In this document: in pieces, positions 38,855-47,130 of the stretch | How the letters are laid out: every line of letters starts with the position of its first letter | Numbering within the stretch: the stretch's first letter is position 1 | Source of the DNA: an uncultured Candidatus Saccharibacteria bacterium | GTDB lineage: Bacteria; Patescibacteriota; Minisyncoccia; Minisyncoccales; Staskawiczbacteraceae | Assembly: GCA_964404005.1 (NCBI GenBank) | Contig: CAYOIH010000002.1 | Location: forward strand, 1-55,162 | Reading direction: 5' to 3' | DNA length: 55,162 nt | Position numbers and translations under genes: made by a program | Notes under the pieces: model-generated | The model's input: the letters and a program-made list of their open reading frames with translations, nothing else | What the model was told of the DNA's origin: nothing | Database searches by the model: none

Positions 38855-39512
38855 AATGAAAAATAGTAAACCAATAATCGGGATATTGGGTGGTATAGGG
38901 CCGGAATCTTCGGCAAGGTTCTACGAAGAGCTTATAAAAAAAGTTCAGGAAAACGGAGTTAAATCTAATTTAGATTTTCCACACATTATTTTAGAGAGCA
39001 TACCAGCGCCAGAGTTATTCATAGATGGGGCAGATTTAAGCATATATAAAGAAGCCCTTATAAATCTTGAGAAGGCTGGTGCCGATTTTATTGTTGTAGT
39101 TTGTAATACTTTTTACACATTAATCGACACCTTTAGAAAGGTTGCAAACGTTTCCATAATAAATTTAGCAGAGGAAGTTGTAAAAGAATTAGAGGGGCGG
39201 AGAGTTAAATCTATTTTAATTCTTGGGTCAAGGAGAACAGCAGACATGTTTGGCAAATTATTGAAGATAAAAATTAATAAGATGTCTGGTGAAGATTTTG
39301 AAACCGTAGAGAATATCATGATGGAATATAACCGCGGGGTAAGAAAAGAGGAGCAGAGAAAAAGATTGTTGAAAATTATTGAAAAATATCCGGGCCAAAA
39401 GTTTTTGATTGCTTGCACGGAAATTTCAATGATTTTAGGGGGTGGTAAAAAATATTTAGATACATTTGATATTTTATTAAATGCAACGATAAGCAGGTGG
39501 CAAAATAAGTAG
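38847..39512 (+). CDS. Aspartate/glutamate racemase family protein
   Basis: IGILGGIGPESSARFY, VVVCNTF and LIACTEIS, which contain the two catalytic Cys motifs. Confidence 0.82.
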   Translation: MNKMKNSKPIIGILGGIGPESSARFYEELIKKVQENGVKSNLDFPHIILESIPAPELFIDGADLSIYKEALINLEKAGADFIVVVCNTFYTLIDTFRKVANVSIINLAEEVVKELEGRRVKSILILGSRRTADMFGKLLKIKINKMSGEDFETVENIMMEYNRGVRKEEQRKRLLKIIEKYPGQKFLIACTEISMILGGGKKYLDTFDILLNATISRWQNK

Positions 39513-39570
39513 ATTTATTTTCTAAACTTATGCCAACGGAAAAATCGCAAAAATGGTTAATTGTTAAATT

Positions 39571-40017
39571 ATGGAAGAAAAATTAAGGCCAAAAGTTGGA
39601 GTCGGAATAATGATTCTAAATAATAACGGCGAGGTTTTACTTGGAAAAAGGCATGACGACGCAGAAAAAGCGTCCAGCGATTTGCACGGCGAGGGTACAT
39701 GGACAATGCCCGGCGGAAAACTGGATTTCCACGAAACTTTGATTGAGGGGGTAATCCGCGAAGTTGCAGAAGAAATTGGAGTGGACATTCCCAAAAAAAA
39801 TTTGGAAGTTCTTTGCGTGCAAGACGACATGGTGCCGGATAATCATTATGTAACAGTAGGTTTTATTTGCAGGAATTTTGCAAACGAGCCAAAAGTTATG
39901 GAGCCGGAGGAAATAACAGAATGGAAATGGTATAATTTAAATAACCTGCCAGAAAAAATTTATCCCCCATCGGCCAAAATGATAAAAGCGTATCTAAATA
40001 AAAAAATCTATAATTAA
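39571..40017 (+). CDS. NUDIX hydrolase
   Basis: Nudix box GGKLDFHETLIEGVIREVAEEIGV. Confidence 0.88.
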   Translation: MEEKLRPKVGVGIMILNNNGEVLLGKRHDDAEKASSDLHGEGTWTMPGGKLDFHETLIEGVIREVAEEIGVDIPKKNLEVLCVQDDMVPDNHYVTVGFICRNFANEPKVMEPEEITEWKWYNLNNLPEKIYPPSAKMIKAYLNKKIYN

Positions 40018-40028
40018 TAAACAAAAAT

Positions 40029-40970
40029 ATGGAAACAGAAATTAAAAGAAATATGCCAAGGGATGTATTTTTACATCTTTTGGCAATCGTGACTTTATAT
40101 TGGTCGGCGGTAAGTTTTATAACTTTGCTGTGGCAGACAATTAACCATTTTATGCCGGATTTTTTAAATTATTATCCTGGCAGTATAACGGAGCCCTTGA
40201 GGTTTGCTGTAGCGTCCCTAATAATTGTTTTTCCTGTTTTTATTTTAACTTCCTGGTATTTAAATAAAATTTACAGGAGAGAATATGCCGCAAGAGAGTC
40301 AAAAATAAGAAAATGGCTTTTATACCTAACGCTTTTTGTGGCTTCTATCACAGTTATTGTCGACCTTGTTATGGTTGTTTTAAATCTTCTGTCGGGAGAT
40401 GCAACCCTAAAATTTATTCTAAAAGCATCGTCTGTGCTTGTGGTAGCGGTTGTAATTTTTGGGTATTATCTAGATGACGTCAGAAAAGAAACTCCCGCAA
40501 AGTCAGCAAAATATTATGCGTGGATTTCAGCAGTCATAGTTTTAATCGGAGTTGTTGGCGCGTTTTTTATAATAGGCTCCCCTGCTACCGCTAAATTAAC
40601 CCAGTTCGACCAGCAAAAAATTTCTGATCTACAGGGCATTCAGTATCAAGTTGTAAATTATTGGCAGAGAAAAGAAAAACTTCCAGCTTCATTAGCCGAT
40701 TTGAACGACCCAATTTCCGGTTTTATAATGCCCATTGAGCCGCAAACAAACCAGCCATACGAATACAATATTATAGACGCTCAAAATCTCTCTTTTGAAT
40801 TGTGTGCAACATTTAGCAAAGAAGGGACGGACTTATATGGAGAGGGTCGCGGGCTAGATGTGCCCATTAAAGGATTTAGTTCGGATAATTGGGAGCACCC
40901 TGCCGGAAAATATTGTTTTAAAAGAACAATAGACAAGCAGTTATATCCTCCATTGAATAAAATAAAATAG
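40029..40970 (+). CDS. Multi-TM membrane protein with extracytoplasmic C-terminal domain (DUF5671-like, common in CPR)
   Basis: Four to five TM helices in the first 190 aa, then a soluble domain (QFDQQKISDLQGIQYQVVNYWQRKEKLPASLADL). Confidence 0.6.
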   Translation: METEIKRNMPRDVFLHLLAIVTLYWSAVSFITLLWQTINHFMPDFLNYYPGSITEPLRFAVASLIIVFPVFILTSWYLNKIYRREYAARESKIRKWLLYLTLFVASITVIVDLVMVVLNLLSGDATLKFILKASSVLVVAVVIFGYYLDDVRKETPAKSAKYYAWISAVIVLIGVVGAFFIIGSPATAKLTQFDQQKISDLQGIQYQVVNYWQRKEKLPASLADLNDPISGFIMPIEPQTNQPYEYNIIDAQNLSFELCATFSKEGTDLYGEGRGLDVPIKGFSSDNWEHPAGKYCFKRTIDKQLYPPLNKIK

Positions 40971-40994
40971 TTTTTCGCTTAGTGTGAATATATT

Positions 40995-41924
40995 GTGGAA
41001 AAGATGGAAAAAACCAGTGCACAAACAGTAGAAATAACTGGGGAAAAATATCCAAAATTATTGAAAGAAGCATTGGGAAAACTTCAGCCATGTTTGGGTC
41101 CGAAAAAGTTGTATTATAAAGGAAACTGGCCTGCCATGAGCAGTGCCGAAGGGAGTGATATTTTTAAAAATTGTTTGGCAGTTGTTGGTTCACGGCATTT
41201 AACACTTTATGGCAGAAGAGCAACAGAACAATTGGTAACAGAAATAGCGGCGGCGGGAATTACAATTGTTTCTGGGTTTATGTATGGAGGCGACGAAGCT
41301 GCACATTCTGCGGCTGTAAAATGCGGAGGGCGCACAATTGCTGTTATGCCTTGTGGAATAAATATTATTCATCCGCCTCAGCATAAAAAGCTTTACGAAG
41401 AAATTTTACAAAATAATGGCCTAATTATTTCTGAATATGAAGGCGACTTATTGCCACAAACTTACACTTATATACAAAGAGACAGAATAGTCGCCGGGCT
41501 GTCAAAGGCAGTTTTGGTTACAGAAGCCGCGCTTAATTCCGGCTCGCTTATCACCGCCAGTTATGCCAAAAAATTTGGTAGAAAAATATTTGCTTTGCCC
41601 GGCCAAATTACCAGCGAAGTTTCAAAAGGAACAATAAAACTTATTCGCGAAGGAGCCGAAGTGGTTTCGGAGGCCGGTGATATTTTAAAATATTTTAAGG
41701 TTTTAGTGAACCCAGTTGGGCAAGCACCCGCCTCCGCCCCGCCTCGAGGGGCTTTGGCGGGCCTTGAGGGAAAAATAATAGAACAATTAAAACGAGAGCC
41801 TATGAAGGCAGACGAAATGGCAAGACTTTTTGCCCTTCCTGTTTCTCAAATTGGCACAGCCCTTTCGTTGATGCAACTAAAGGGTTTTATTAGTAACGAT
41901 TTAGGAAAATATTATATAAGTTAA
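40995..41924 (+). CDS. dprA: DNA-processing protein DprA (Smf)
   Basis: VVGSRHLTLYGRRATEQL, IVSGFMYGGDEAAH, ALPGQITSEVSKGTIKLIREGA and a C-terminal winged helix. Contains a GC-rich in-frame segment APASAPPRGALAGLEG. Confidence 0.9.
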   Translation: MEKMEKTSAQTVEITGEKYPKLLKEALGKLQPCLGPKKLYYKGNWPAMSSAEGSDIFKNCLAVVGSRHLTLYGRRATEQLVTEIAAAGITIVSGFMYGGDEAAHSAAVKCGGRTIAVMPCGINIIHPPQHKKLYEEILQNNGLIISEYEGDLLPQTYTYIQRDRIVAGLSKAVLVTEAALNSGSLITASYAKKFGRKIFALPGQITSEVSKGTIKLIREGAEVVSEAGDILKYFKVLVNPVGQAPASAPPRGALAGLEGKIIEQLKREPMKADEMARLFALPVSQIGTALSLMQLKGFISNDLGKYYIS

Positions 41925-41939
41925 ATTTTTTTAAAATTT

Positions 41940-43475
41940 ATGTTGATTAAAGTTCCGTCGGTGGCAAATTTGGGCCTACAAACAATAAAGGTTGATATTG
42001 AAATAAACTTGGCAAATAAGGGTTTGCCCGGGTTCGAAATTGTTGGTCTGGCCGATAAGGCAGTTGATGAGAGCAAAGAAAGAGTTCGTACCGCCATTGT
42101 GAGCTCGGACGTTGATTTTCCTGCAAAGAAAATAACAGTTAATATGGCTCCGGCCGATGTTCCAAAAGAAGGCTCGCATTATGATTTTCCAATTGCGCTT
42201 GGAATTTTAAGTAGTGTGCTTGAGTTTCAAATTCCCCAAAAATCTTTATTTTTAGGCGAGTTGTCGTTTGACGGTTCTTTGCGCCACACAAAGGGTGCTT
42301 TTTTAATGGCGCTTTTTGCCAAAGAATTTGGTTTCACAAATTTATTTGTGCCAAAAGATTCGGCCAATGAAGCCGCCGCCATAAAGGGAATAAAAGTTTT
42401 TCCTGTTGAAAATTTAACCCAAGTTTGCGGGTATTTTTTAGGGAAAACGGATATTTTTCCGGTAGTTTATAAACAAGTTTCAGAAAAAGATTGCTCACCA
42501 GTTGAGTTTGATATGAAAGAAGTTTTAGGTCAGGAGCAGGCAAAAAGAGCAATGGAAATTGCGGCAGCGGGCGGGCACAATATTATAATGACCGGCTCCC
42601 CCGGATCTGGTAAAACAATGCTGGCGCGGGCACTACCTGGAATTTTACCTCCGTTAAACGAAGCGGAATCTCTGGAAGTTACAAAAATTTATTCAGCCTC
42701 CGGAGGCATTCCTCCCGGTGGCTCTTTAATAACCCGCAGACAGTTTAGGTCACCCCACCACACAGCGAGTTTGGCGGGATTGGTTGGCGGAGGAAGTAAG
42801 CCGCAACCCGGCGAAATAAGCTTAGCTCACCGCGGTGTTTTATTTTTGGACGAGTTTAATGAATTTCCAAGGTCAATTATGGAGGCAATGCGTTAGCCAT
42901 TGGAAGACGGATATTTAACAATTTCAAGAAGTAAGCAAAGAGTGGTTTATCCTGCCGATTTTATGTTGGTTGCCTCGGCCAACCCCTGCCCTTGCGGATA
43001 TGCAATGCATCCAAAAAAAACTTGTACTTGTAATCCAAACCAGATTGTTAAATATCAAAAAAGAGTTTCGGGGCCAATTTTAGACAGAATTGATTTACAT
43101 ATTTCTGTGATGCCCGTTGACGCGTCTGAATTTTCTGGTAACCAAAAAAACTCTGAGTTTTTAGAACCATCGGAAAAAATTAAACAAAGAGTTATTTTTG
43201 TTCGCCAAAAACAGGAAGCTCGTTTTGCAAATGAGCCCATACACTCAAACAGCCAAATGAAAAACAGCCACATTAAAAAATATTGCCAACTCCCAAAAGA
43301 GGTGGAACAAATTTTAACGCAGGCAGCTGCTAAATTTCAGCTTTCGGCCAGGTCTTATATGAAAATGATAAAAGTGTCGCGTACAATTGCGGATTTAGAA
43401 GGTGCTGAAGAAATTGGCATCTCTCATATGGCAGAAGCATTGCAATATAAACCAAGGTCGCACGAAACTGCATAG
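41940..43475 (+). pseudogene. comM: ComM/YifB Mg-chelatase-like competence ATPase interrupted by a single in-frame TAG (42894-42896)
   Basis: The two listed ORFs (41940-42896, 42900-43475) are in the same frame. Walker [18 protein letters not shown], Walker [15 protein letters not shown]. The junction reads EAMR*PLEDGYLTISR, where homologs have RQPLEDG, so the change is CAG (Gln) to TAG. Confidence 0.85.
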
Positions 43476-43555
43476 TCGCTCGGCAACAAACTTTTTTCCG
43501 GCTGGTCGGGCACTTCGTGTCCCGAGGCCTGCAAAAAGTTTATTGCCTCGCTCAT

Positions 43556-43948
43556 ATGTCACAACATAATGAGGTGGGGAAAATTGGGGAGGATTTGGCA
43601 AGGGAATATTTGGAGAAAAATGGGTATAAGATTTTAGAACAGAATTATAGGACAAAATATGCCGAGATTGATTTGGTTGCCCTTCGCCCGGCTCAGGGTA
43701 AACTGGGGTGGTTTTTTGGTAAAGAAACCCTGGTGTTTGTGGAGGTGCGAACAAAAGTTGGCGAAAATTTTGGCAGCCCAGAAGACACAATAAACAAGCA
43801 AAAGCTTTGGAAAGTTTTGCAAAACGCCAAAAGTTATTCGGCATTTAAAAGGTGGCAAGGCTCAGAGCGCATTGACGCTATTTGCATTGTTTTAAAGCAG
43901 GACTATTCTGTCAGCCGCCTCACCCACCACGAAAACATCGTTTCATAA
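43556..43948 (+). CDS. yraN: YraN-family (UPF0102) endonuclease-like protein
   Basis: Start placed at MSQHNEVGKIGEDLAREYLEKNGYKILEQNYR; EIDLVA...LVFVEVRTK core. The core is split by the in-frame insertion LRPAQGKLGWFFGKE carrying the GC-rich element. Confidence 0.8.
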   Translation: MSQHNEVGKIGEDLAREYLEKNGYKILEQNYRTKYAEIDLVALRPAQGKLGWFFGKETLVFVEVRTKVGENFGSPEDTINKQKLWKVLQNAKSYSAFKRWQGSERIDAICIVLKQDYSVSRLTHHENIVS

Positions 43949-43995
43949 TCAAAATCACTTAAAACTTAGATGACCATGAAATCGGCCATTGGGGC

Positions 43996-44024
43996 TTGAC
44001 ACGGTTTTGATTATATGCTAACAT
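43996..44024 (+). promoter_or_regulatory. Putative promoter (TTGACA-17-TAACAT) of the unassigned RNA
   Basis: ttgaca (43996-44001), 17-nt spacer, taacat (44019-44024). Confidence 0.5.
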
Positions 44025-44030
44025 AAGCAT

Positions 44031-44256
44031 AGTACAAAAAGTCGAGCAGTTGCCAGTACGATAGATACTGTTCGCCGACACGCAGTTTGTGTCGACATAT
44101 ATTGCAGTGCTGCGAAGTTTGAGGCCCGATATGGCTTCGCAGAACAAGGGCTGAAAAAGCCCATCAGGTTGACCTAAGGGGAAAGACCCTTCCTCGTCGT
44201 GGGAATATCCCACATTTGTGAGAGGTAAGCCCTGGTTGTTATACGGGGCTTTTTTC
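44031..44256 (+). ncRNA. Unassigned ~225-nt multi-hairpin RNA between yraN and nusA
   Basis: No credible ORF. Six consecutive local hairpins: cagta/tactg, cgacac/gtgtcg, ctgcgaag/cttcgcag, gggct/agccc, aaggg/ccctt, gtggg/cccac. They are followed by a terminator-like stem aagccc/gggctt and ttttt (44227-44256). Confidence 0.5.
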
Positions 44257-44260
44257 TTGC

Positions 44261-44289
44261 TTGACAAGGGGGGTTGGGTTTGGTAAACT
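44261..44289 (+). promoter_or_regulatory. Putative nusA promoter (TTGACA-17-TAAACT)
   Basis: ttgaca (44261-44266), 17-nt spacer, taaact (44284-44289). Confidence 0.5.
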
Positions 44290-44314
44290 TATATTAAGAT
44301 AAGAAAGATTATTT

Positions 44315-44342
44315 GTCCGTCTGACCACGGACTTTTATTTTT
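44315..44342 (+). terminator. Leader terminator/attenuator upstream of nusA
   Basis: gtccgt-ctgacc-acggac followed by ttttattttt, about 20 nt downstream of the predicted start site and 85 nt before the nusA ATG. Confidence 0.5.
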
Positions 44343-44427
44343 AAATTATTACCAATTTACCAATAAGTACGAATATACGAATACGAATTAGTATATTAGT
44401 AAAAATTTGCAGATTAGTAATTTATAA

Positions 44428-45750
44428 ATGGATATTAAATCATTTAAGGGAGCGTTAGCTCAAATAGCAGAGGAAAGAGGCATTTCGCCAGAGAGAGTTA
44501 TAGAAACCATTGAAGCGGCAATTGCCACGGCCTATAAAAAAGACTATGGAGAAAAGGGGCAAAAAATAAAGGCAAAATTTAACTCGGTATCGGGCGATGT
44601 TATGTTTTGGCAGATAAAATTAGTTGTTGATAATGCTATGCTTTATACCGATGAGGAAATTGAGGAAATGAAGGAAAATAAAGTAATTCCTGTTGACGAG
44701 GCAAGGCCCGGCGAAGAAGCGCCGAAAAAGTATGTTTTCAATCCCGAAAAACATATTATGATTGAGGACGCAAAAAAAGACTATCCTAAAATTAAAGTAG
44801 GAGAAGAAATAGAAATTCCTTTGGTTTCTAAGCAAGATTATGGAAGAATTGCCGCCCAAACAGCAAAGCAGGTTATTTTGCAAAAAATCAGAGAGGCCGA
44901 AAAAGAAACAATCTCTTCTGAATACAGATCAAAAGAAGGAGAAATTATTTCCGGGATTGTACAGAGAGTTGAAGGTCACACAGTATTTATTGATATTGGA
45001 AAAACTCTTGGACTTTTGAATAGAGAGGAACAAATCCCTGGAGAATTTTATAGACCAAGTCAAAGGCTAAAACTTTATATCATGAAGGTGGACGACACGC
45101 CAAAAGGCTCGGTTGTTATGCTTTCAAGAGCTTATCCAAAACTAATTTCAAAACTATTTGAGTTAGAGGTTCCTGAGATTGCTTCTGGGTCTGTTGTTAT
45201 AAAAGCAATTGCCAGAGAGCCTGGTTTTAGAACTAAAATTGCGGTTGTCTCAAATGAGGAGGGAGTTGATCCAATTGGAGCCTGTGTTGGGCAAAGAGGA
45301 ACAAGAATTATGGCAGTTATAAATGAGCTTGGCGGAGAAAAAATTGATGTGATACAATGGGAAGAAAAGCCAGAAAAATTTATTGCTCATGCCTTAGCTC
45401 CTGCTAAAATTGCCGGAGTTAAAGTGGAGGATAAAAACATGGCAACTGTTTTTGTTCCAGAAGATCAGCTTAGTTTGGCAATTGGAAAAGACGGCAGAAA
45501 CGTGCGTTTAGCCGCTCAATTAACCGGCTGGAAAATAGACATTAAACCAACAGACACGCCAGCAGAGCCGGTTGAAGGAGAGGAGGCAGCTTCCACCGAA
45601 GGTTCTGAGGCGCCAAAAGAGGAAAAGCCTAAGAAGAAAACAGCTAAAAAAGCAAAAGCCAAAAAAGATAAAGTTGGCACAGATGAAGAAGCTGAAAAAG
45701 GGGGTGCAGTTGAGGAATCCCCCGCCGAGGAAGACAAAAAAGCTAAATAA
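44428..45750 (+). CDS. nusA: Transcription termination/antitermination factor NusA with K/E-rich C-terminal tail
   Basis: S1 domain GEIISGIVQRVEGHTVFIDIG; KH1 ACVGQRGTRIMAV; KH2 AIGKDGRNVRLAAQLTGWKIDI. Confidence 0.95.
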   Translation: MDIKSFKGALAQIAEERGISPERVIETIEAAIATAYKKDYGEKGQKIKAKFNSVSGDVMFWQIKLVVDNAMLYTDEEIEEMKENKVIPVDEARPGEEAPKKYVFNPEKHIMIEDAKKDYPKIKVGEEIEIPLVSKQDYGRIAAQTAKQVILQKIREAEKETISSEYRSKEGEIISGIVQRVEGHTVFIDIGKTLGLLNREEQIPGEFYRPSQRLKLYIMKVDDTPKGSVVMLSRAYPKLISKLFELEVPEIASGSVVIKAIAREPGFRTKIAVVSNEEGVDPIGACVGQRGTRIMAVINELGGEKIDVIQWEEKPEKFIAHALAPAKIAGVKVEDKNMATVFVPEDQLSLAIGKDGRNVRLAAQLTGWKIDIKPTDTPAEPVEGEEAASTEGSEAPKEEKPKKKTAKKAKAKKDKVGTDEEAEKGGAVEESPAEEDKKAK

Positions 45751-45759
45751 TTTTTTATC

Positions 45760-47097
45760 ATGGCAGAAAAATTAGGCCACAACGAAGACTCTTTCGAAAA
45801 TCCTGCAGATAATCAGGGGTCAGCTGATCAAGCGCCAGCAAGAAAGTCGGAAAAGCTGAGCGATCTCCAGATTGAAGCCGAAAAACAGAGGGAGAAGATT
45901 GGAGAAGCGAGAGAAAGTGCTGAAAAAACTAAACAACTTCTTTCGGGGTTAAAATATAACCCGCCGAAATTTTCCGCTGAGGTTGAAGAGTTCGATGCTT
46001 TTTTTGAAGAAATTAAAGAATCTCGGCGACCAACTCCCCCTCCCAGGAAGAAATTATCCAAAGAGGACCTCGAGGCTTATAATATTTTAGGACTCGCTCC
46101 TCCAAAGGAAGAGGAACGAAAACCGCAAAAAGAAAAAAAAGAATTCGTAGAAATTACTCCTCAGAGGAGAGAAGAATTAAAGGCCAGGGCAATTTCTACT
46201 TATTGGGCACGCTGTAAAACATGGGAGGAGAAGGAAGATCTAACGGATGCAAGGTTTTTTTCTATCAGCGAACTGGCGCAGAGAAGAAAAGAGAGTTCGG
46301 ATTTGCTTTCCAAAGTAAGCGAAGAACTAAAAACCACCAAATATATTAATAATCGCGACGAGCTAAGGATGACGCTCCATAGACTGGCTGATGAATATGG
46401 TTTTAATATGCCAGAATTGTTTAGCGTTAATAAAGAAACAGGGGAGATAACTCTTAATGATGCGATAAAACAAGAAACAATAGAAGAAATAAGGAGTAAG
46501 CTTAAGATATACACAGAATATTCTGCGAAAGAATCTAAAGTTATGTCCACAATATTAAGAAATAGCAGAATCCATATAGACCCGGGTATTCTTATTGTAG
46601 CAAAAGAGAGAAAACAACTACCCCGCACTTTAATGAAAGGAAGGGCTAGCGGATATTATTCTTCCAGTAGTAGTTTAATTGTAATGCCAGCAGTATTTCA
46701 TGTGGGCACACTACGACACGAATTTGAGCATTTTGAGGATTATGTGTATGGACGTGCTTCAAAAGAAGATGGAATTATCACAGAAATTAATAGTTTTTTA
46801 GGAGAACTCGCATATATCCAGCGCCTCTCTAAAAAAGAAGCAGATGCATATTTTGAAGCTATTAAAGAAATTATTAGGTCGGGATATTCAGATAAATACG
46901 AAGCCCAAGAAGAATTAGATATTATGGGTGCAATAGATGCCACAAAACGTTTGTATGAGAATGGGTTGTCTCTTGAGGCGATAAAATCTATACTGATGCA
47001 TTCCAAAAATCTTAAGGATATACTGCAGTGGAATGATATTAGTGAAGAAGAGATGAAAAAGTTGGTAGTTAAAAGTGAAAAAACAGAAGAAAAATAA
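45760..47097 (+). CDS. Hypothetical protein with disordered K/E-rich N-terminal half and an HExxH motif (putative metallopeptidase-like)
   Basis: 445-aa ORF 9 nt after nusA. VFHVGTLRHEFEHFEDY contains HEFEH. There is no GTPase motif, so it is not infB. Confidence 0.6.
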   Translation: MAEKLGHNEDSFENPADNQGSADQAPARKSEKLSDLQIEAEKQREKIGEARESAEKTKQLLSGLKYNPPKFSAEVEEFDAFFEEIKESRRPTPPPRKKLSKEDLEAYNILGLAPPKEEERKPQKEKKEFVEITPQRREELKARAISTYWARCKTWEEKEDLTDARFFSISELAQRRKESSDLLSKVSEELKTTKYINNRDELRMTLHRLADEYGFNMPELFSVNKETGEITLNDAIKQETIEEIRSKLKIYTEYSAKESKVMSTILRNSRIHIDPGILIVAKERKQLPRTLMKGRASGYYSSSSSLIVMPAVFHVGTLRHEFEHFEDYVYGRASKEDGIITEINSFLGELAYIQRLSKKEADAYFEAIKEIIRSGYSDKYEAQEELDIMGAIDATKRLYENGLSLEAIKSILMHSKNLKDILQWNDISEEEMKKLVVKSEKTEEK

Positions 47098-47130
47098 TTA
47101 AAATTAAATATTATTAAAAATAAATAAAAC

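Noticed and set aside
43991-44010. ggggcttgacacgg resembles the 5' end of tmRNA (GGGGCUGA...UUCGACGGG).
   Set aside because: No tRNA-like 3' end (T-arm plus ...CCACCA acceptor partner) and no plausible tag-peptide ORF ending in hydrophobic residues could be found downstream. The ttgaca is better read as a -35 box.
44176-44191. aaggggaaagaccctt resembles the RNase P RNA CR-I motif (GAGGAAAGUCC). SRP RNA and 6S RNA were also considered for 44031-44256 and for 875-1009.
   Set aside because: The motif lies near the 3' end rather than after P3. No CR-IV/CR-V (ACAGAA...GGCUUA) is present, and the length is too short for RNase P RNA. There is no SRP domain IV (GGAA tetraloop with an AGCA bulge), and no end-to-end helix with a central bubble as in 6S RNA.
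43959-44267. 102-aa minus-strand ORF covering the yraN-nusA intergenic region.
   Set aside because: It has no SD or promoter, and its composition is unremarkable. The region is densely hairpinned and bounded by a plus-strand promoter and terminator, so it is better explained as a non-coding RNA.
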